Assembly (NCBI GenBank): GCA_964057225.1
Contig: OZ059898.1
Location: forward strand, 1,860,001 to 1,924,000
DNA: 64,000 nt
DNA from: Auanema rhodensis
Lineage: Eukaryota; Animalia; Nematoda
Reading direction: 5' to 3'
Part shown: piece after piece, positions 1-11,551 of the stretch
Layout of the letters: every line of letters begins with the position of its first letter
Position numbering within the stretch: position 1 is the stretch's first letter
The notes under the pieces: model-generated
Told to the model about the DNA's origin: nothing
What the model saw: only the letters and a program-made list of their open reading frames with translations
Databases searched by the model: none
Translations under genes and position numbers: made by a program

Positions 1-3000
1 GTTGAATAACATTGTCCATCGCCTTTGCCTTGAAAAAAGGAATCTAAAAACATCTACTTTTTGCTAAATTATTTTGAAATTTTTCGAAAAAATTTTTGTC
101 AAAATGTTTTTGGAAGCAATGTTGAGTGTACATGGAAACTCAACATACACTAATGCATCATTTTTCAAACGATCATAACTAATTTTTGTATTAAGCGTTT
201 CTCAATGTAGTATAGTGCATTCGATGCGGATTTGTAAGCTGCGTCGATCTGTGTTATCAGATTTGCGCTAGCTTAAAAATGCACCGAGATATCAATTGAT
301 ATAAGTTCACACTTATATCCTCGATTTTCACCCTGGAGAATTAATTTTTTTGTTGAATAACATTGTCCATCGTCTTTGCCTTGAAAAAAGGAATCTAAAA
401 ACATCTACTTTTTGCTAAATTATTTTGAAATTTCTCGAAAAAATTTTTGTCAAAATGTTTTTGGAAGCAATGTTGAGTGTACATGGAAACTCAACATACA
501 CTAATGCATCATTTTTCAAACGATCATAACTAATTTTTGTATTAAGCGTTTCTCAATGTAGTATAGTGCATTCGATGCGGATTTTTAAGCTGCGTCGATC
601 TGTGTTATCAGATTTGCGCTAGCTTAAAAATGCACCGAGATATCAACTGATATAAGTTCACACTTATATCCTCGATTTTCACCCTGAAGAATTAATTTTT
701 TCGTTGAATAACATTGTCCATCGTCTTTGCCTTGAAAAAAGGAATCTAAAAACATCTACTTTTTGCTAAATTATTTTGAAATTTTGTGAAAAAATTTTTG
801 TCAAAATGTTTTTGGAAGCAATGTTGAGTGTACATGGAAACTCAACATACACTAATGCATCATTTTTCAAACGATCATAACTAATTTTTGTATTAAGCGT
901 TTCTCAATGTAGTATAGTGCATTCGATGCGGATTTTTAAGCTGCGTCGATCTGTGTTATCAGATTTGCGCTAGCTTAAAAATGCACCGAGATATCAACTG
1001 ATATAAGTTCACACTTATATCCTCGATTTTCACCCTGAAGAATTAATTTTTTCGTTGAATAACATTGTCCATCGTCTTTGCCTTGAAAAAAGGAATCTAA
1101 AAACATCTACTTTTTGCTAAATTATTCTGAAATTTTTCGAAAAAATTTTTGTCAAAATGTTTTTGGAAGCAATGTTGAGTGTACATGGAAACTCAACATA
1201 CACTAATGCATCATTTTTCAAACGATCATAACTAATTTTTGTATTAAGCGTTTCTCAATGTAGTATAGTGCATTCGATGCGGATTTTTAAGCTGCGTCGA
1301 TCTGTGTTATCAGATTTGCGCTAGCTTAAAAATGCACCGAGATATCAACTGATATAAGTTCACACTTATATCCTCGATTTTCACCCTGAAGAATTAATTT
1401 TTTCGTTGAATAACATTGTCCATTGTCTTTGCCTTGAAAAAAGGAATCTAAAAACATCTACTTTTTGCTAAATTATTTTGAAATTTTTCGAAAAAATTTT
1501 TGTCAAAATGTTTTTGGAAGCAATGTTGAGTGTACATGGAAACTCAACATACACTAATGCATCATTTTTCAAACGATCATAACTAATTTTTGTATTAAGC
1601 GTTTCTCAATGTAGTATAGTGCATTCGATGCGGATTTTTAAGCTGCGTCGATCTGTGTTATCAGATTTGCGCTAGCTTAAAAATGCACCGAGATATCAAC
1701 TGATATAAGTTCACACTTATATCCTCGATTTTCACCCTGAAGAATTAATTTTTTCGTTGAATAACATTGTCCATCGTCTTTGCCTTGAAAAAAGGAATCT
1801 AAAAACATCTACTTTTTGCTAAATTATTTTGAAATTTTTTGAAAAAATTTTTGTCAAAATGTTTTTGGAAGCAATGTTGAGTGTACATGGAAACTCAACA
1901 TACACTAATGCATCATTTTTCAAACGATCATAACTAATTTTTGTATTAAGCGTTTCTCAATGTAGTATAGTGCATTCGATGCGGATTTTTAAGCTGCGTC
2001 GATCTGTGTTATCAGATTTGCGCTAGCTTAAAAATGCACCGAGATATCAACTGATATAAGTTCACACTTATATCCGCGATTTTCACCCTGAAGAATTAAT
2101 TTTTTCGTTGAATAACATTGTCCATCGTCTTTGCCTTGAAAAAAGGAATCTAAAAACATCTACTTTTTGCTAAATTATTTTGAAATTTTTTGAAAAAATT
2201 TTTGTCAAAATGTTTTTGGAAGCAATGTTGAGTGTACATGGAAACTCAACATACACTAATGCATCATTTTTCAAACGATCATAACTAATTTTTGTATTAA
2301 GCGTTTCTCAATGTAGTATAGTGCATTCGATGCGGATTTTTAAGCTGCGTCGATCTGTGTTATCAGATTTGCGCTAGCTTAAAAATGCACCGAGATATCA
2401 ACTGATATAAGTTCACACTTATATCCTCGATTTTCACCCTGAAGAATTAATTTTTTCGTTGAATAACATTGTCCATCGTCTTTGCCTTGAAAAAAGGAAT
2501 CTAAAAACATCTACTTTTTGCTAAATTATTTTGAAATTTTTTGAAAAAATTTTTGTCAAAATGTTTTTGGAAGCAATGTTGAGTGTACATGGAAACTCAA
2601 CATACACTAATGCATCATTTTTCAAACGATCATAACTAATTTTTGTATTAAGCGTTTCTCAATGTAGTATAGTGCATTCGATGCGGATTTTTAAGCTGCG
2701 TCGATCTGTGTTATCAGATTTGCGCTAGCTTAAAAATGCACCGAGATATCAACTGATATAAGTTCACACTTATATCCTCGATTTTCACCCTGAAGAATTA
2801 ATTTTTTCGTTGAATAACATTGTCCATCGTCTTTGCCTTGAAAAAAGGAATCTAAAAACATCTACTTTTTGCTAAATTATTTTGAAATTTTTCGAAAAAA
2901 TTTTTGTCAAAATGTTTTTGGAAGCAATGTTGAGTGTACATGGAAACTCAACATACACTAATGCATCATTTTTCAAACGATCATAACTAATTTTTGTATT

Positions 3001-6000
3001 AAGCGTTTCTCAATGTAGTATAGTGCATTCGATGCGGATTTTTAAGCTGCGTCGATCTGTGTTATCAGATTTGCGCTAGCTTAAAAATGCACCGAGATAT
3101 CAACTGATATAAGTTCACACTTATATCCTCGATTTTCACCCTGAAGAATTAAGTTTTTCGTTGAATAACATTGTCCATCGTCTTTGCCTTGAAAAAAGGA
3201 ATCTAAAAACATCTACTTTTTGCTAAATTATTTTGAAATTTTTCGAAAAAATTTTTGTCAAAATGTTTTTGGAAGCAATGTTGAGTGTACATGGAAACTC
3301 AACATACACTAATGCATCATTTTTCAAACGATCATAACTAATTTTTGTATTAAGCGTTTCTCAATGTAGTATAGTGCATTCGATGCGGATTTTTAAGCTG
3401 CGTCGATCTGTGTTATCAGATTTGCGCTAGCTTAAAAATGCACCGAGATATCTACTGATATAAGTTCACACTTATATCCTCGATTTTCACCCTGAAGAAT
3501 TAATTTTTTCGTTGAATAACATTGTCCATCGTCTTTGCCTTGAAAAAAGGAATCTAAAAACATCTACTTTTTGCTAAATTATTTTGAAATTTTTCGAAAA
3601 AATTTTTGTCAAAATGTTTTTGGAAGCAATGTTGAGTGTACATGGAAACTCAACATACACTAATGCATCATTTTTCAAACGATCATAACTAATTTTTGTA
3701 TTAAGCGTTTCTCAATGTAGTATAGTGCATTCGATGCGGATTTTTAAGCTGCGTCGATCTGTGTTATCAGATTTGCGCTAGCTTAAAAATGCACCGAGAT
3801 ATCAACTGATATAAGTTCACACTTATATCCTCGATTTTCACCCTGAAGATTTAATTTTTTCGTTGAATAACATTGTCCATCGTCTTTGCCTTGAAAAAAG
3901 GAATCTAAAAACATCTACTTTTTGCTAAATTATTTTGAAATTTTTCGAAAAAATTTTTGTCAAAATGTTTTTGGAAGCAATGTTGAGTGTACATGGAAAC
4001 TCAACATACACTAATGCATCATTTTTCAAACGATCATAACTAATTTTTGTATTAAGCGTTTCTCAATGTAGTATAGTGCATTCGATGCGGATTTTTAAGC
4101 TGCGTCGATCTGTGTTATCAGATTTGCGCTAGCTTAAAAATGCACCGAGATATCAACTGATATAAGTTCACACTTATATCCTCGATTTTCACCCTGAAGA
4201 ATTAATTTTTTTGTTGAATAACATTGTCCATCGCCTTTGCCTTGAAAAAAGGAATCTAAAAACATCTACTTTTTGCTAAATTATTTTGAAATTTTTCGAA
4301 AAAATTTTTGTCAAAATGTTTTTGGAAGCAATGTTGAGTGTACATGGAAACTCAACATACACTAATGCATCATTTTTCAAACGATCATAACTAATTTTTG
4401 TATTAAGCGTTTCTCAATGTAGTATAGTGCATTCGATGCGGATTTTTAAGCTGCGTCGATCTGTGTTATCAGATTTGCGCTAGCTTAAAAATGCACCGAG
4501 ATATCAATTGATATAAGTTCACACTTATATCCTCGATTTTCACCCTGGAGAATTAATTTTTTTGTTGAATAACATTGTCCATCGTCTTTGCCTTGAAAAA
4601 AGGAATCTAAAAACATCTACTTTTTGCTAAATTATTTTGAAATTTCTCGAAAAAATTTTTGTCAAAATGTTTTTGGAAGCAATGTTGAGTGTACATGGAA
4701 ACTCAACATACACTAATGCATCATTTTTCAAACGATCATAACTAATTTTTGTATTAAGCGTTTCTCAATGTAGTATAGTGCATTCGATGCGGATTTTTAA
4801 GCTGCGTCGATCTGTGTTATCAGATTTGCGCTAGCTTAAAAATGCACCGAGATATCAACTGATATAAGTTCACACTTATATCCTCGATTTTCACCCTGAA
4901 GAATTAATTTTTTCGTTGAATAACATTGTCCATCGTCTTTGCCTTGAAAAAAGGAATCTAAAAACATCTACTTTTTGCTAAATTATTTTGAAATTTTTTG
5001 AAAAAATTTTTGTCAAAATGTTTTTGGAAGCAATGTTGAGTGTACATGGAAACTCAACATACACTAATGCATCATTTTTCAAACGATCATAACTAATTTT
5101 TGTATTAAGCGTTTCTCAATGTAGTATAGTGCATTCGATGCGGATTTTTAAGCTGCGTCGATCTGTGTTATCAGATTTGCGCTAGCTTAAAAATGCACCG
5201 AGATATCAACTGATATAAGTTCACACTTATATCCGCGATTTTCACCCTGAAGAATTAATTTTTTCGTTGAATAACATTGTCCATCGTCTTTGCCTTGAAA
5301 AAAGGAATCTAAAAACATCTACTTTTTGCTAAATTATTTTGAAATTTTTTGAAAAAATTTTTGTCAAAATGTTTTTGGAAGCAATGTTGAGTGTACATGG
5401 AAACTCAACATACACTAATGCATCATTTTTCAAACGATCATAACTAATTTTTGTATTAAGCGTTTCTCAATGTAGTATAGTGCATTCGATGCGGATTTTT
5501 AAGCTGCGTCGATCTGTGTTATCAGATTTGCGCTAGCTTAAAAATGCACCGAGATATCAACTGATATAAGTTCACACTTATATCCTCGATTTTCACCCTG
5601 AAGAATTAATTTTTTCGTTGAATAACATTGTCCATCGTCTTTGCCTTGAAAAAAGGAATCTAAAAACATCTACTTTTTGCTAAATTATTCTGAAATTTTC
5701 CGAAAAAATTTTTGTCAAAATGTTTTTGGAAGCAATGTTGAGTGTACATGGAAACTCAACATACACTAATGCATCATTTTTCAAACGATCATAACTAATT
5801 TTTGTATTAAGCGTTTCTCAATGTAGTATAGTGCATTCGATGCGGATTTTTAAGCTGCGTCGATCTGTGTTATCAGATTTGCGCTAGCTTAAAAATGCAC
5901 CGAGATATCATTTGATATAAGTTCACACTTATATCCTCGATTTTCACCCTGAAGAATTAATTTTTTCGTTGAATAACATTGTCCATCGTCTTTGCCTTGA

Positions 6001-9000
6001 AAAAAGGAATCTAAAAACATCTACTTTTTGCTAAATTATTTTGAAATTTTTCGAAAAAATTTTTGTCAAAATGTTTTTGGAAGCAATGTTGAGTGTACAT
6101 GGAAACTCAACATACACTAATGCATCATTTTTCAAACGATCATAACTAATTTTTGTATTAAGCGTTTCTCAATGTAGTATAGTGCATTCGATGCGGATTT
6201 TTAAGCTGCGTCGATCTGTGTTATCAGATTTGCGCTAGCTTAAAAATGCACCGAGATATCAACTGATATATGTTCACACTTATATCCTCGATTTTCACCC
6301 TGAAGAATTAATTTTTTCGTTGAATAACATTGTCCATCGTCTTTGCCTTGAAAAAAGGAATCTAAAAACATCTACTTTTTGCTAAATTATTTTGAAATTT
6401 TTTGAAAAAATTTTTGTCAAAATGTTTTTGGAAGCAATGTTGAGTGTACATGGAAACTCAACATACACTAATGCATCATTTTTCAAACAATCATAACTAA
6501 TTTTTGTATTAAGCGTTTCTCAATGTAGTATAGTGCATTCGATGCGGATTTTTAAGCTGCGTCGATCTGTGTTATCAGATTTGCGCTAGCTTAAAAATGC
6601 ACCGAGATATCAACTGATATAAGTTCACACTTATATCCTCGATTTTCACCCTGAAGAATTAATTTTTTCGTTGAATAACATTGTCCATCGTCTTTGCCTT
6701 GAAAAAAGGAATCTAAAAACATCTACTTTTTGCTAAATTATTTTGAAATTTTTCGAAAAAATTTTTGTCAAAATGTTTTTGGAAGCAATGTTGAGTGTAC
6801 ATGGAAACTCAACATACACTAATGCATCATTTTTCAAACGATCATAACTAATTTTTGTATTAAGCGTTTCTCAATGTAGTATAGTGCATTCGATGCGGAT
6901 TTTTAAGCTGCGTCGATCTGTGTTATCAGATTTGCGCTAGCTTAAAAATGCACCGAGATATCAACTGATATAAGTTCACACTTATATCCTCGATTTTGAC
7001 CCTGAAGAATTAATTTTTTCGTTGAATAACATTGTCCATCGTCTTTGTTTTGAAAAAAGGAATCTAAAAACATCTACTTTTTGCTAAATTATTTTGAAAT
7101 TTTTCGAAAAAATTTTTGTCAAAATGTTTTTGGAAGCAATGTTGAGTGTACATGGAAACTCAACATACACTAATGCATCATTTTTCAAACGATCATAACT
7201 AATTTTTGTATTAAGCGTTTCTCAATGTAGTATAGTGCATTCGATGCGGATTTTTAAGCTGCGTCGATCTGTGTTATCAGATTTGCGCTAGCTTAAAAAT
7301 GCACCGAGATATCAACTGATATAAGTTCACACTTATATCCTCGATTTTCACCCTGAAGAATTAATTTTTTCGTTGAATAACATTGTCCATCGTCTTTGCC
7401 TTGAAAAAAGGAATCTAAAAACATCTACTTTTTGCTAAATTATTCTGAAATTTTCCGAAAAAATTTTTGTCAAAATGTTTTTGGAAGCAATGTTGAGTGT
7501 ACATGGAAACTCAACATACACTAATGCATCATTTTTCAAACGATCATAACTAATTTTTGTATTAAGCGTTTCTCAATGTAGTATAGTGCATTCGATGCGG
7601 ATTTTTAAGCTGCGTCGATCTGTGTTATCAGATTTGCGCTAGCTTAAAAATGCACCGAGATATCAACTGATATATGTTCACACTTATATCCTCGATTTTC
7701 ACCCTGAAGAATTAATTTTTTCGTTGAATAACATTGTCCATCGTCTTTGCCTTGAAAAAAGGAATCTAAAAACATCTACTTTTTGCTAAATTATTTTGAA
7801 ATTTTTTGAAAAAATTTTTGTCAAAATGTTTTTGGAAGCAATGTTGAGTGTACATGGAAACTCAACATACACTAATGCATCATTTTTCAAACGATCATAA
7901 CTAATTTTTGTATTAAGCGTTTCTCAATGTAGTATAGTGCATTCGATGCGGATTTTTAAGCTGCGTCGATCTGTGTTATCAGATTTGCGCTAGCTTAAAA
8001 ATGCACCGAGATATCAACTGATATAAGTTCACACTTATATCCTCGATTTTCACCCTGAAGAATTAATTTTTTCGTTGAATAACATTGTCCATCGTCTTTG
8101 CCTTGAAAAAAGGAATCTAAAAACATCTACTTTTTGCTAAATTATTTTGAAATTTTTCGAAAAAATTTTTGTCAAAATGTTTTTGGAAGCAATGTTGAGT
8201 GTACATGGAAACTCAACATACACTAATGCATCATTTTTCAAACGATCATAACTAATTTTTGTATTAAGCGTTTCTCAATGTAGTATAGTGCATTCGATGC
8301 GGATTTTTAAGCTGCGTCGATCTGTGTTATCAGATTTGCGCTAGCTTAAAAATGCACCGAGATATCAACTGATATAAGTTCACACTTATATCCTCGATTT
8401 TCACCCTGAAGAATTAATTTTTTCGTTGAATTACATTGTCCATCGTCTTTGCCTTGAAAAAAGGAATCTAAAAACATCTACTTTTTGCTAAATTATTTTG
8501 AAATTTTTCGAAAAAATTTTTGTCAAAATGTTTTTGGAAGCAATGTTGAGTGTACATGGAAACTCAACATACACTAATGCATCATTTTTCAAACGATCAT
8601 AACTAATTTTTGTATTAAGCGTTTCTCAATGTAGTATAGTGCATTCGATGCGGATTTTTAAGCTGCGTCGATCTGTGTTATCAGATTTGCGCTAGCTTAA
8701 AAATGCACCGAGATATCTACTGATATAAGTTCACACTTATATCCTCGATTTTCACCCTGAAGAATTAATTTTTTCGTTGAATAACATTGTCCATCGTCTT
8801 TGCCTTGAAAAAAGGAATCTAAAAACATCTACTTTTTGCTAAATTATTTTGAAATTTTTCGAAAAAATTTTTGTCAAAATGTTTTTGGAAGCAATGTTGA
8901 GTGTACATGGAAACTCAACATACACTAATGCATCATTTTTCAAACGATCATAACTAATTTTTGTATTAAGCGTTTCTCAATGTAGTATAGTGCATTCGAT

Positions 9001-11311
9001 GCGGATTTTTAAGCTGCGTCGATCTGTGTTATCAGATTTGCGCTAGCTTAAAAATGCACCGAGATATCAACTGATATAAGTTCACACTTATATCCTCGAT
9101 TTTCACCCTGAAGAATTAATTTTTTCGTTGAATAACATTGTCCATCGTCTTTGCCTTGAAAAAAGGAATCTAAAAACATCTACTTTTTGCTAAATTATTC
9201 TGAAATTTTTCGAAAAAATTTTTGTCAAAATGTTTTTGGAAGCAATGTTGAGTGTACATGGAAACTCAACATACACTAATGCATCATTTTTCAAACGATC
9301 ATAACTAATTTTTGTATTAAGCGTTTCTCAATGTAGTATAGTGCATTCGATGCGGATTTTTAAGCTGCGTCGATCTGTGTTATCAGATTTGCGCTAGCTT
9401 AAAAATGCACCGAGATATCAACTGATATAAGTTCACACTTATATCCTCGATTTTCACCCTGAAGAATTAATTTTTTCGTTGAATAACATTGTCCATCGTC
9501 TTTGCCTTGAAAAAAGGAATCTAAAAACATCTACTTTTTGCTAAATTATTTTGAAATTTTTTGAAAAAATTTTTGTCAAAATGTTTTTGGAAGCAATGTT
9601 GAGTGTACATGGAAACTCAACATACACTAATGCATCATTTTTCAAACGATCATAACTAATTTTTGTATTAAGCGTTTCTCAATGTAGTATAGTGCATTCG
9701 ATGCGGATTTTTAAGCTGCGTCGATCTGTGTTATCAGATTTGCGCTAGCTTAAAAATGCACCGAGATATCAACTGATATATGTTCACACTTATATCCTCG
9801 ATTTTCACCCTGAAGAATTAATTTTTTCGTTGAATAACATTGTCCATCGTCTTTGCCTTGAAAAAAGGAATCTAAAAACATCTACTTTTTGCTAAATTAT
9901 TTTGAAATTTTTCGAAAAAATTTTTGTCAAAATGTTTTTGGAAGCAATGTTGAGTGTACATGGAAACTCAACATACACTAATGCATCATTTTTCAAACGA
10001 TCATAACTAATTTTTGTATTAAGCGTTTCTCAATGTAGTATAGTGCATTCGATGCGGATTTTTAAGCTGCGTCGATCTGTGTTATCAGATTTGCGCTAGC
10101 TTAAAAATGCACCGAGATATCTACTGATATAAGTTCACACTTATATCCTCGATTTTCACCCTGAAGAATTAATTTTTTCGTTGAATAACATTGTCCATCG
10201 TCTTTGCCTTGAAAAAAGGAATCTAAAAACATCTACTTTTTGCTAAATTATTTTGAAATTTTTCGAAAAAATTTTTGTCAAAATGTTTTTGGAAGCAATG
10301 TTGAGTGTACATGGAAACTCAACATACACTAATGCATCATTTTTCAAACGATCATAACTAATTTTTGTATTAAGCGTTTCTCAATGTAGTATAGTGCATT
10401 CGATGCGGATTTTTAAGCTGCGTCGATCTGTGTTATCAGATTTGCGCTAGCTTAAAAATGCACCGAGATATCAACTGATATAAGTTCACACTTATATCCT
10501 CGATTTTCACCCTGAAGAATTAATTTTTTCGTTGAACAACATTGTCCATCGTCTTTGCTTTGAAAAAAGGAATCTAAAAACATCTACTTTTTGCTAAATT
10601 ATTCTGAAATTTTTCGAAAAAATTTTTGTCAAAATGTTTTTGGAAGCAATGTTGAGTGTACATGGAAACTCAACATACACTAATGCATCATTTTTCAAAC
10701 GATCATAACTAATTTTTGTATTAAGCGTTTCTCAATGTAGTATAGTGCATTCGATGCGGATTTTTAAGCTGCGTCGATCTGTGTTATCAGATTTGCGCTA
10801 GCTTAAAAATGCACCGAGATATCAACTGATATAAGTTCACACTTATATCCTCGATTTTCACCCTGAAGAATTAATTTTTTCGTTGAATAACATTGTCCAT
10901 CGTCTTTGCCTTGAAAAAAGGAATCTAAAAACATCTACTTTTTGCTAAATTATTTTGAAATTTTTTGAAAAAATTTTTGTCAAAATGTTTTTGGAAGCAA
11001 TGTTGAGTGTACATGGAAACTCAACATACACTAATGCATCATTTTTCAAACGATCATAACTAATTTTTGTATTAAGCGTTTCTCAATGTAGTATAGTGCA
11101 TTCGATGCGGATTTTTAAGCTGCGTCGATCTGTGTTATCAGATTTGCGCTAGCTTAAAAATGCACCGAGATATCAACTGATATAAGTTCACACTTATATC
11201 CTCGATTTTCACCCTGAAGAATTAATTTTTTCGTTGAATAACATTGTCCATCGTCTTTGCCTTGAAAAAAGGAATCTAAAAACATCTACTTTTTGCTAAA
11301 TTATTTTGAAA

Positions 11312-11323
11312 TTTTTCGAAAAA
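11312..11323. repeat. 12-bp perfect palindrome TTTTTCGAAAAA (monomer pos. 80-91) in the A/T-tract region
   Basis: Self-complementary, flanked by TTTTGA (72-77) and TCAAAA (99-104). Confidence 0.9.
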
Positions 11324-11350
11324 ATTTTTGTCAAAATGTTTTTGGAAGCA

Positions 11351-11378
11351 ATGTTGAGTGTACATGGAAACTCAACAT
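11351..11378. repeat. Perfect 9-bp inverted repeat with 10-nt spacer (monomer pos. 119-146), present in nearly every monomer
   Basis: ATGTTGAGT-gtacatggaa-ACTCAACAT; the arms are exact reverse complements. Confidence 0.95.
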
Positions 11379-11461
11379 ACACTAATGCATCATTTTTCAA
11401 ACGATCATAACTAATTTTTGTATTAAGCGTTTCTCAATGTAGTATAGTGCATTCGATGCGG

Positions 11462-11512
11462 ATTTTTAAGCTGCGTCGATCTGTGTTATCAGATTTGCGC
11501 TAGCTTAAAAAT
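11462..11512. repeat. Long imperfect hairpin/inverted repeat (monomer pos. 230-280) with perfect 11-bp outer arms
   Basis: ATTTTTAAGCT / AGCTTAAAAAT pair exactly. Inner GCG/CGC and ATCTG/CAGAT pairs close a TGTTAT loop. Confidence 0.92.
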
Positions 11513-11529
11513 GCACCGAGATATCAACT

Positions 11530-11551
11530 GATATAAGTTCACACTTATATC
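11530..11551. repeat. Perfect 9-bp inverted repeat with 4-nt loop (monomer pos. 298-319)
   Basis: GATATAAGT-tcac-ACTTATATC; it overlaps a second dyad ATATCA-ac-TGATAT (pos. 289-302). Confidence 0.95.

Noticed and set aside
699-715. CENP-B-box-like motif TTTCGTTGAATAACATT at the monomer junction
   Set aside because: It matches the TTCG....A half of the box (NTTCGNNNNANNCGGGN) but lacks the essential CGGG, giving only 5 of 9 core bases.
11407-11524. loxP-like ends ATAACT...AGATAT suggesting a tyrosine-recombinase site
   Set aside because: Only 5-6 nt resemble loxP termini and the spacing (~118 bp) is far from the 34-bp lox/dif geometry. It is retained only as part of the palindrome finding.
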